NCBI GenBank assembly: GCA_951406725.2
Contig: OX597839.1
Coordinates: 21,824,001-21,888,000 of the forward strand
Length of the DNA: 64,000 nucleotides
DNA from: Octopus vulgaris
Lineage: Eukaryota
Direction of reading: 5' to 3'
A program made the translations under genes and the position numbers. Position 1 is the first letter of the stretch; each line of letters starts with the position of its first letter. The notes under the pieces are model-generated. The model saw nothing but the letters and a program-made list of their open reading frames with translations. It was not told the origin of the DNA and searched no databases. Below, piece by piece: positions 12,701-25,300 of this stretch.

Positions 12701-15700
12701 AAATAGCATCCACATGATCTGACATGCTTGCTCTTCCAGTGAGGCATTTGTCAAATTTGTAAGCTGGAATTCTGAGCCAGAGGCAGAAGCACGACTTTGA
12801 CTGCTGGAATGACGGGGTCAAATGTCCATTGACGAGGGACATGGTGAACTCATTGGTGGGAGCCAGTCCCATCCATCCCAGGTGAATGCCATCACAAACA
12901 CAATTAAGTATAGAAGCTTCCCATCTTATAATCAGGCAGTGTAGACAAGACTGTATTATTGAATGTACCCTAAAGCAGCGAGCTGGCGGAAACATTAGCA
13001 TGTCAGGCAAAATGCTTAGCGGTATTTCGTCTGTCTTTACATTCTGAGTTCAAATTCCGCCAAGGTTGACTTTGCCTTTCATCCTTTCTGGGTCAATAAA
13101 ATTTCAGGCCTTGTGCCTAGAGTAGAAAAGATTAATGAATGTACCCTTCCTGTTTTTAAGGTGGTAGGGTATTATATTAACCCCTTACCCAACAATTATT
13201 TTGAAAATAAATGTATTTTTTCAGACATATTTTTTAATTGTTTTATTTTACTATGTTTTGAATGGTGATTTCGAGGTATATTTCAAACTTTATTTATTAT
13301 GAATTTTAATTCAATAATATTGATTTTAAATTACCGCTTTGGGCAGAAACGAGTTAACCCGTTTTTAGACGAAGGAACTCGTTTGCTGTCGATTTTGGCG
13401 AGTCTATCTTTTGACGAGTTAACTCGCCAGATTTAGAAAAAAACGATTTCGGTCAAAACGCATATATTCGTTTCTGCCGGGTAAGGGGTTAAGGAGATTT
13501 GGCTACTATTTCTAGCAGATAGTGTTTAATAAAAAGAAAGGCGGAAAAATCAATAGAAAGAAGCTCCTGAAAGCACTCACTTTGTTGGCAGCCAAGAAAG
13601 ATGTGACTGATGAGGTCTTCAGCATTTGTTTGGTTACAACAAGAACGGTAAAATTCGACAGCTTGGGCCGTCATTCTGACAAAATAAAAAAACAAAAAAA
13701 TAAATACAATTTTAAACAAAACCATCAAACCCAATAAGAAAATTTCAACATTAATATTTGTAAAACATAAAACTGATAATTTAACACTTTCAGTAACAGG
13801 CCACCTAACTACTTCTTTACTACCCACAAGGGGCTACACACAGAGAGGACAAACAAGGACAGACAAACGGATTAAGTCGATTATATCGACCCCAGTGCGT
13901 AACTGGTACTTATTTAATCGACCACGAAAGGATGAAAGGCAAAGTCGACCTCGGCGGAATTTGAACTCAGAACGTAGCGACAGACAAAATACCTATTTCT
14001 TTACTACCCACAGAGAGGACAAACAAGGACAGACAAACGGATTAAGTCGATTATATCGACCCCAGTGCGTAACTGGTACTTATTTAATCGACCACGAAAG
14101 GATGAAACGCAAAGTCGACCTCGGCGGAATTTGAACTCAGAACGTAGCGACAAACGAAATACCACTAAGCATTTCGCCCGGCGTGCTAACATTTCTGCCA
14201 GCTCGCCGCCTTTCTAACACTGCTCCTTGTCCCTCGTTAGAGAATTAAGTTGTAATCAGTTTTAGGTTTATTTTTTTCCATACTACGCTCCTTGGATTAG
14301 ACAAGACTTATTAGGGAAGTCTTCTAGACTTAGACACACTTCCTGATGCCAATCCTGGGTTTTCAAGGAAAACTGTTTATTCAAAAGATATTTTGTTCAT
14401 GAGACACCTAAATGCCACTGACAAAGCAGTATCAAGACACACACATCATCATTTATCATCCTTTTTTCTTGGCCGGCATGGGTCGGATGGTTTGATAAAC
14501 ACAGACAAGCCAGAGGGCTCCACCAGGCTCTATGTTTGCTTTGCCATGGTTTCTACAGCTGGATGCCCTTCCTAACACCAATCACTTTACAGAGTGTATT
14601 GGGTGCTTTTTATGTGGCACAAGCACAGGTGAGGTCACCAAGTAACTGCAAGATGAAACCCCCTCAACCGAGCTGGGAACAGACTGGAGGAGTGAGAAGC
14701 TATGATAGAGGGAGAGGAACAGGTGTCTTGTTGAAGCTAAAAAGAAAGAAATGTAAGGTCCAGGTACAAGGTGAGTATGAGACAGAATAGGACAGAAAAG
14801 CAAAAAAGGTGGATACACACCCACATACACATTATATACAAGCTTCCATCTAGTTTCCATCTGCCAGTTTAACACACAAGGCACAGATCAGCCTGAGGTT
14901 ATAGTAGAAACCAGAAGCTTATCTTTTAACTACCGTATTTGTTCACCTGAATTGCTACTTTTCTCATCACTTTTACCAGTTTGATTGTCTGAAACACGCT
15001 CACTGTCTGCAGAAGGGTAAACTCTTCATCTGAAGAATTATTATCACCAATAGTTTCCTCAACTGCAAAGAGTCTAAGCAAAAGGAAGTCAGTTTCTTTC
15101 TCCCAATTAAAAACAAAAGTAAAGGCGCAGGAGTGGCTGTGTGGTAAGTAGCTTGCTTACCAACCACATGGTTCCGGGTTCAGTCCCACTGCGTGGCATC
15201 TTGGGCAAGTGTCTTCTGCTATAGCCCCGGGCCGACCAATGCCTTGTGAGTGGATTTGGTAGACGGAAACTGAAAGAAGCCTGTCGTATATGTGTGTATA
15301 TATATATATATATGTGTTTGTGTGTCTGTGTTTGTCCCCCTAGCATTGCTTGACAACCGATGCTGGTGTGTTTACATCCCCGTCACCTAGCGGTTCGGCA
15401 AAAGAACCGATAGAATAAGTACTGGGCTTACAAAGAATAAGTCCCGGGGTCGATTTGCTCGACTAAAGGCGGTGCTCCAGCATGGCCGCAGTCAAATGAC
15501 TGAAACAAGTAAAAGAGTAATGGGTAAAAACTCCCTTCAGTCATGAATGGCCATGGGATCGCACCTAGAAAATTCCCCTCAGAGGCATAAGTCCAGGCAA
15601 GGTTGTTTATGAAAGACCAGCAGTCAGCCATGCATTCCAAACTCTCTACACCACTGATATTATCCAGGGGAAAGGCAAAAGCTGATACAGCTTGGCATCA

Positions 15701-18700
15701 GTGATGTTGCAACTCTTTTCCACAGATGAATGAACTGGTGCAATGTGAAATAAAGTGTCTTGCTCAAGAACACAACGTGCAGCCCAGTTGAGGAATTAGA
15801 CTCATTACTTCAGGATTGGGAGCCCAACACTCTAACTACTGTCACAAAAACAAGGGACACCATTAACAATGAATCATAAACACTCGACTACAAAAGAAGC
15901 CACATGATCTGTTGTCTAACTTTAATGATTTGATTTTGATTTTTCCAGTTTCAGCTCATGAGCTGTGGCCATGCTGGGGCACCGCCATTTAATATTTCAT
16001 CTTTTTCTACACATGTTATTCATTTAACAGGAACCCAGTAGAGATTATGTTTAGGCTATTCCCACCATACCAGGAACAACCTGATAGGGTTAAAGAACTC
16101 CCAATTCTAGAAAATTGCCCACAACATTTTTTGGCAGTATCTTTCCTAATGTCAACCACTCTGCAGAGTGTAACGGGTGCTTTTACGTGCCACCAGCACA
16201 GGGGCCATTTGTGTGACACTAACATAATGAGAATAATGATTAGACAGGATGAAACAGACTTACCCATTGAACAGAAACGTAGTGAGCTTTAGCTTGATTT
16301 CCTCTGGAGACGACAGAGGAGGCTTTTTAACAGCCAGGTACTGTAGGGCCAGTTTATATTCTTCTTGATACAAGAGAGATTTTATCACTTGTCGATGCTG
16401 CCATTGGCCAAAAACGGAGGATTTTGCCAAAGAGTAGAAAGCAACCTGAAATGACAGAAATATTCCAATTCAGTTCCCATTTCAAAAACAATTTTTTCAC
16501 CCTGCCTCTCTTTCACTTGAGCTGAAAACCAAAGATAATCCCCGCTGGGCACCAACTCACTTCAGACTATCTTTGAAATTATAAAACTGGCTGCAACTAC
16601 TGGAAATATGATTATCATCATCATTTAGCGCCCATTTCCCATGCTGGTATGGGTCAGACGGTTTGACTGGAACGAGTAAGCCAGAGAGCAGCTCCAGGTT
16701 CCAGTCTGATTTAGCATGGTTTCTACAGCTGGACGCCCTTCCTAATGCCAACCACTCCAAGATTGTAACAGGTGCTTTTTATGTGCCACTGGCACAGGTG
16801 CCAGTTATGCGTCAGGCACAACTATGATTTCACTTTGCTTAATGAGTCCTAAGCACAGTATATCACCAAAGGGGTTGGTCACTTGTCATTGCCTCCATGA
16901 GGCCCAACATTCAAGGATCATGCTTCAACACCTCGTCTCATACAGCTTTACTGCTGTAAAATATATTTAACAATAAATTTAATGTATAAATACAAAACAT
17001 ATTTAATCCTTTCATACCTATATTTCTAACCGAAATCCTCCCCTTATGTCATCATCAGCATCATCATCATTGTTTAACGTCCGCTTTCCATGCTAGCATG
17101 GGTTGGACGGTTCAACTGGGGTCTGGGGAGCCCGAAGGCTGCACCAGGCCAGTCAGATCTGGCAGTGTTTCTACAGCTGGATGCCCTTCCTAAAGCCAAC
17201 CACTCCAAGAGTGTAGTGGGTGATTTTATGTGCCACCGACACAGGTGCCAGATGAGGCTGGCGAACGGCCACGCTTGGATGGTGTTTTTTATGTGCCACC
17301 GACACAGGTGCCAGACGAGGCTGGCAGACGGCTACGCTCGGATGGTGTTTTTTATGTGCCACCGACACAGGTGCCAGACGAGGCTGGCGAACGGCCACGA
17401 TCGGATGGTGTTTGTTACGTGCCCACAGCACGGAGGCCAGTCAATGCAGTACTGGCTACGGCCACGTTCGGATGGTTTTCTTATAGTCGATGCAGTACTG
17501 GCTACGGCCACGTTCGAATGGTTTTCTTATGTGCCACCGGCACTGGTACCACAAAGATACAAATTCCATTGATGTTCATCTATTTTGATTTTTTGTGTAG
17601 CAATTAAATTCTAAATGGTTGTGGATTTAGACTGTTAGCCAAATGCTATATCCACTTCAATGCTGTTAGCCCAGCATAAAATAAGTATGGTTAGTTAGCC
17701 CAATGCTCTATACTGTAAACCAATTAATCTAGCAATGTATAATGGTAGAGATTGTGAATTTACCTCAAAGTCCTTGTGGTCAAGAAACCAGAACCCCGTA
17801 ATAAGGTTCATGGTTTCTGTTGGCACAGAGAAGATCTGGGAGAAAGCAGTTACTTTAGCAGCCAACTGAAATATCAGAGAAGAGAGAAATCAATTAAGAA
17901 AGTACTTACAGTTTGTTGTTTCTAATACAAAATAAATAATTCTAAACAAACAGAAAAATGGTAATTTTCCTGACAATAAACCCGAGCTTTTACACACTAC
18001 ACATGTGTGTGTGTGTTTACAACATCTGCACTACAGCTGTCAGCTGGCAAAATCCGCATTTTGTCCATCTTTACATTCTGAGTTCAAATTCCATCAAGGT
18101 TGACTTTGCCTTCCCTCCTTTCAGGGTTGAGAACTGTGAAGGGCAATAGGTGAGTTGTATCTGAAAGGGTTTGTACTGTCAAAATGAACATCATACTATC
18201 TGTGGAATATTCAACCACATATGCTATAATACAGTAAGTAAGCAGTTCAGTTGATTGCACAACTAGAATGCTTTTTATAACATTGATGTGAGTTTTGATA
18301 AACTGAGGAATACACAGCCACTTATAATACAGGAAGGAGGTGGTTCCTTTGGTCAAAGAACTGGTACATTCATTATTGAAAGTGCTGTGGGTTATGATAA
18401 ACAGAGATAGGACAAGATCCATAAACAAACCAGGTACTACGAACCTTTGAGTTGTCTTCCTCTCCCAGTGAGGCTAAATCTAAAAAGAAATATCCAACTA
18501 CACAATGCTTGGTGATCAATGAAACATCTTCCAGCAGGTAAATATAGAGTAATGCCTGAAACAAAGGAAAGGCAGACAAAAATTACCATTTTTGAGGAAA
18601 TATAAGGAAAAACAAAAAAACTCATCCAAGATCCTCCAATTTGTGAAGTTAGGCAACCCCTAAACCCATTTTGCTCCTTGTGCTCATTTTGTCATGAATA

Positions 18701-21700
18701 TGCAATGCTGAAATTAGATACGGTAACTAGAAAACACCGGGCCAATAACTTAGTACAACAAACTACATTCTACCAACACCCATATCATAAACTACAATCT
18801 ACCGACTATAATAAACTATACTATTATCATTTGTTTAGTTTTACAATATAAAAAACAAAGCCTAAAATGCTTTCCTTCAGAGTGGGTACAAGTTATTCAG
18901 GTAGGTACCGATTCAACAGAACAATAACCTAAGACACTCCAGCTCTGACCATCACACTGTCCACAAAATCTGTATAAATACAAAACATATTTAACCCTTT
19001 AGTGTTCATATTATTCTGCCAAAATTAATCCTTTTTATCCACATTGTTTTGAACTAATCATTCATTAATCTTGTAGCTATGAGATTTTGATGAGGTAGCT
19101 GTTAATTTTTAAAATGATATTGTAGGGTTGGTGTGAGAGACCAGATCTGGCCAGTTTGAACATAAAACAAGCAGAATACTTTTGGCCGGATATGGCAGGT
19201 TTAAATGCTAATGGGTTAATCCTTTCGTACCTATATTTCTAACCGAAATCCTCCCCTTCATCATCATCATCATCATCATCATCGTTTAACGTCCGCTTTC
19301 CATGCTAGCATGGGTTGGACGGTTCAACTGGGGTCTGGCAAGCCCGAAGGCTGCACCAGGCCAGTCAGATCTGGCAGTGTTTCTACAGCTGGATGCCCTT
19401 CCTAACGCCTTATGTGTAGCAATTAAATTCTAAATGGTTGTGGATTTAGACTGTTAGCCCAATGCTATGTCCACTTCAATGCTGTTAGCCCAGCACAAAA
19501 TAAGTATGGTTAGTTAGCCCAATGCTCTATACTGTAAACCAATTAAATTTTAAAGACAGAAGTGCAATTTTACAGAAATGTGGCCGCTATTTCTAGCAGG
19601 TTGAGACACCACAACAGAGATTCCCTAGCTGCTTCACACGTATATGTCTGTGCATGCATACAAAATACACACACACACACAAAACATTCTAAGCATTAAC
19701 TGGAGACAAAAAGAAACCAAACCCTTTGGTAGGAATGGAACATTTGTAACAACCCCATCCCGACCCCTGATTCTATCAAAGACTACCTCCAACCTCAGCC
19801 AAATTCAGCAAGGTTTTACTGCGATAAAAAGTAACTCCTCCGCCAATCTTCTATTTCTCTGCAAGGTCATAATTCACTCAATCTCCTGACTGTTGAATAG
19901 AAGCAAGGATCTCAGAGCTTCCAGGAATTTTACTCTTTAACCATTCCAAGGCCAGATTTCTAAAAGACCTGTTTTTTTTTTTTTTCTTTTACTTGTTTCA
20001 GTCATTTGACTGCGGCCATGCTGGAGCACCGCCTTTAGTCGAGCAAATCGACCCCGGGACTTATTCTTTGTAAGCCCAGTACTTATTCTATCGGTCCCTT
20101 TTGCCAAACCGCTAAGTGACGGGGACGTAAACACACCAGCATCGGTTGTCAAGCAATGCTAGGGGGACAAACACAGACACACAAACATATATATATATAT
20201 ATATACGACAGGCTTCTTTCAGTTTCCGTCTACCAAATCCACTCACAAGGCATTGGTCGGCCCGGGGCTATAGCAGTAGACACTTGCCCAAGATGCCAAG
20301 CGGTGGGACTGAACCCGGAACCATGTGGTTGGTAGACAAGCTACTTACCACACAGCCACTCCTGTTTGTTTCAATTCATTTTCATCATTACCATTTATAT
20401 CTCATTTTTTCCATGAGAGCAGAAGTTGGACTGTTTGTCAGAAGCTGGCAAGCCAGACGACTGCACTACGCTGCACTGTATAATTGTGGCATGGGTTTTA
20501 TGGTCAGATGCACTTCCAAATGCCACCCACTGTACAGAGTGGACTGGATGCTAGAGATTTAAGTCAAATAACTTTTTTGTTATTATACTGGTGGATTTGG
20601 AACAAAACTGAAGATGTTTTTAAAAAATAAAATTGTGGGTCAAATCAATCCAAATACCAGCTTCGTGCCCGGTCCAAATAAGTCCACCAAAACTGCAACA
20701 GGAAATGGGTTTGAAAGAACAACCATCCTGCATTTGTCATGTGGGTTAGCAAGGAACACATTCAGATCTTAGGTAGAGGGGTCTCCACCAATGGCCAGTA
20801 AAACCAACAGTAAACTTGCCACTTTTTGGGGGAAGTATGAGGAGGAGTGCCTTGGGACCTTGAAGTGAATCCAAGCAAAAACAACTGTTAAGGACTAAAT
20901 AAAATAAAAATTGAAAATTTAAATTAAAAAACATTTTAACCCTTTTGATATCAACTCACCTGAATTCACCCTTGGATCTATGATATAATCTTACACTATT
21001 AACCCTTTAGTGTTCAGATTATTCTAACAAACATAATGCCTATTGATTCCCATTGATTCGAATTAATCATGCATTATCTCATATCTTCAAGATCTTGATG
21101 GTGTAATTACTTAATGTAGAATAACATTGTAGGGTAGGTGTGAGAGCCTGGATCTGGTCAGTTTGAACATAAAACAGATTAAATATTTTGGCCGGATATG
21201 GCCAGTTTAAATACTAAAGGGTTAAAGTGCTTTAATTTAAAACCTTTCATTAAAATTTCCATGCTTTCCATGCTAGCATGGGTTGGACGGTTCAACTGGG
21301 GTCTGGGAGGCCAGAAAGCTGCACCAGGCCCAGTCTGATCTGGCAATGTTTCTACGGCTGGATGCCCTTCCTAACGCCAACCACTCCTTGAGTGTAGTGG
21401 GTGCTTTTTACGTGCCAGACGGGGCTGGCAAATGGCCATACTTTAAACATACATGTATACTTGTAACATGTGTACATCCACATGATCACAAAATCATGGT
21501 TTCAATTCATGGACCAGGCAGTGTGTTATGTTCTTGAGCAAAAGATTTGCTCAGGAACATAACACACTGCCTGGTCCATGTGACAAAATTATTTCACTAA
21601 TTTCTACATTATTTTTTAAATTAAGAAATATGGTAACAAAAAGTGATCTAAATTAAAACCTTCCCTCAAAATGTCAGGTTAATTAAGGTTCCAAAAACCA

Positions 21701-22273
21701 GATTAATAAGGACAAAATTATTGTATTTAATTCGTTATTTTTGAAATTAATTGAAACAAAAATTGTGCATTTCAACAGAAACACGGGTAACGAAAGAGTT
21801 TGGAGAGTTTTGTATCCTAAAGTCAGATATGGTGACATAAAGGGGTTAAGCTGAAAAAGGGTTCAATTCATCTCCCTCCCCTCTACTTACACTTATGCTT
21901 GGTGGTGGGTACAATTCATCTCCTCCATCTTGTTTCCAGACATCATAGACAGACGGCGCCATATTAGCAATTAAACCGTCTATCATTAGTAGCTCGTTAG
22001 GCTTTAAGTCACTGAAACAGACAGAAAATAATTAGCATTAATACCAGTAATTAGCGGTTAATATGGTTATTTTGTAAACACTTTCATAAGCATAGTTGAA
22101 TAGGCGCAGGAGTGGCTGTGTGGTAAGTAGCTTGCTAACCAACCACATGGTTCCGGGTTCAGTCCCACTGTGTGGCATCTTGGGCAAGTGTCTTCTGCTA
22201 TAGCCCCGGGCCGACCAATGCCTTGTGAGTGGATTTGGTAGACGGAAACTGAAAGAAGCCTGTCGTATATATG

Positions 22274-22304
<31 letters not shown>

Positions 22305-25300
22305 TTGTCCCCCTAGCATCGCTTGACACCCGATGCTGGTGTGTTTACGTCCCCGTCACTTAGCGGTTCGGCAAAAAAGAGACCGATAGAATAAGTACTG
22401 GGCTTACAAAGAATAAGTCCTGGGGTCGAGTTGCTCGATTAAAGGCGGTGCTCCAGCATGGCCGCAGTCAAATGACTGAAACAAGTAAAAGAGAAAAGAG
22501 AAAGAGAAAGAGAGATATAGACTTTGGTTTATAACCACTGGTCTTGAGTTCCATCTCACTGCATAATTCCTTGGGTACCTCATCTTCAAGTCAACCAATG
22601 CCTCCTCAGGGGAATTGGTAGAAGGAAACTGTGTGGAATCCCAGTAAATGTCTGCGTTCTGGACCCTCACATCAAAGTGTTGAGAAAAAACAAATGCTTG
22701 TGGACATTTCCGACAAACCAAGTTGGCCTCTACCTCTGCACTTTCAAAGGGGCATGGAATAAAAACAAAATCCATCCTTTGAGAAACAGGTGAGAATTAG
22801 CAACAAGGAAGGGCTGTCAGTTGCAAAACAATACCTCAACCTTTTTTTCCCTCACAGAATTGTTAGCACATCAATCAAAATGCTTAGCAGCAGGTCATCC
22901 ATCTTTACGTTCTGAGTTCAAATTCCAACGAGGTGAACTTTCTTATTCATTCTTTCAGAGTTGATGAAAGAGTTATCAGTTGAATCCTGGGGCCACTCTA
23001 ATCGACTTAGCCCACTCTTGAAATTGCTGGCCTTGTGCCAAAATTTAAAAGCAGAATTTGACTTTGCTTCTCAACATTTCAGGGTTAATAATGCAAGTAC
23101 CAGTTAAGAACTGGGGTTGATGTAATCAACCTAACCCCACACCCCCCAACCCAAACTTCCAGGCCTTGTGCCTGTAGTAGAAAGGATTATTCTCATTAAG
23201 GTGGGGAGCTGGCAGAATCATTAGCACGCTGGGCGAAATGCTTAGATGTGTATTTCATCTGTCTTTAAGTTCTGAGTTTAAATTCCACCAAGGTTGACTT
23301 AGCCTTTCATCCTTTTGGGGTTGATAAATTAAATACCTATTTCTTTACTATCAACAAGGGGCTACACACAGAGGGGGCAAACAAGGACAGACAAACGGAT
23401 TAAGTCGATTATATCGACCCCAGTGCATAACTGGTACTTAATTTATCGACCCCGAAAGGATGAAAGGCAAAGTCGACCTCGGCGGAATTTGAACTCAGAA
23501 CGTAACGACAGACGAAATACCCGCTAAGCATTTCGCCCGGCATGCTAACGTTTCTGCCAGTTAAATACTGGGGTCAAATGTAATCGACTATGCCCCACCT
23601 CTAAATTTGCTGCCCTTATGAGAAAATTTGAAACCACCACCATCATCATCATCAAGACAGCAAGCTGGTAGAACAGTTAGCATGCCAGTCAAAATGCTTA
23701 GCGGCATTTCATCCATCCTTAGATTGAGTTCAAATTCTGCTGAGATTAACTTTGCCTTTCATCCTTTCAGGGTCAATGAAATTAAGCACCAGTCAAATAT
23801 TAGGGGTGGCGTGTTGTAATCAACTTACCCCACCTCCAAAATTACTATCAACAAGGGGCTACACACAGAGGGGGCAAACAAGGACAGACAAACGGATTAA
23901 GTCGATTATATCGACCCCAGTGCATAACTGGTACTTAATTTATCGACCCCGAAAGGATGAAAGGCAAAGTCGACCTCGGCGGAATTTGAACTCAGAACGT
24001 AACGACAGACGAAATACCCGCTAAGCATTTCGCCCGGCATGCTAACGTTTCTGCCAGTTAAATACTGGGGTCAAATGTAATCGACTATGCCCCACCTCTA
24101 AATTTGCTGCCCTTATGAGAAAATTTGAAACCACCACCATCATCATCATCAAGACAGCAAGCTGGTAGAACAGTTAGCATGCCAGTCAAAATGCTTAGCG
24201 GCATTTCATCCATCCTTAGATTGAGTTCAAATTCTGCTGAGATTAACTTTGCCTTTCATCCTTTCAGGGTCAATGAAATTAAGCACCAGTCAAATATTAG
24301 GGGTGGCGTGTTGTAATCAACTTACCCCACCTCCAAAATTACTATCAACAAGGGGCTACACACAGAGGGGGCAAACAAGGACAGACAAACGGATTAAGTC
24401 GATTATATCGACCCCAGTGCGTAACTGGTACTTAATTTATCGACCCCGAAAGGATGAAAGGCAAAGTCGACCTCGGCGGAATTTGAACTCAGAACGTAAC
24501 GACAGACGAAATACCCGCTAAACATTTCGCCCGGCGTGCTAACGTTTCTGCCAGTTAAATACTGGGGTCAAATGTAATCGACTATGCCCCACCTCTAAAT
24601 TTGCTGCCCTTATGAGAAAATTTGAAATGCTTAGCGGCATTTCATCCATCCTTAGATTGAGTTCAAATTCTGCTGAGATTAACTTTGCCTTTCATCCTTT
24701 CAGGGTCAATGAAATTAAGCACCAGTCAAATATTAGGGGTGGCGTGTTGTAATCAACTTACCCCACCTCCAAAATTACTGGCCATGTGCCAAAAGTCATT
24801 CAAGCCTAGTTAGAATGGTAAAATGGGTGGGGGGTGCGACTGAGTATGAAGAACAAGGTATTGGCCACTGTTCATTTGGTAATCAAGCTCTCAATCCTAA
24901 TTAACCACTTTGTCACTCAAGAATCAATGCTAATACTGTATTATGATTGATATTAATTTCAGTTGATATACTCTCTTTTACTCTTTTACTTGTTTCAGTC
25001 ATTTGACTGCGGCCATGCTGGAGCACCGCCTTTAGTCGAGCAAATCGACCCCCGGGACTTATTCTTTGTAAGCCCAGTACTTATTCTATCGGTCTCTTTT
25101 GCCGAACCGCCGCTAAGTGACGGGGACGTAAACACACCAGCATCGGTTGTCAAGCAATGCTAGGGGGACAAACACAGACACACACATACACATACATATA
25201 TACGACAGACTTCTTTCAGTTTCCGTCTACCAAATCCACTCACAAGGCATTGGTCAGCCCGGGGCTATAGCAGAAGACACTTGCCCAAGATGCTATGCAG

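Noticed and set aside
12573-13010. 145-aa minus-strand ORF
   Set aside because: No recognisable motif, starts inside a SINE, and is not needed for the ELYS frame
15123-15195. tRNA-like sequences at SINE heads
   Set aside because: No complete cloverleaf; always attached to SINE bodies
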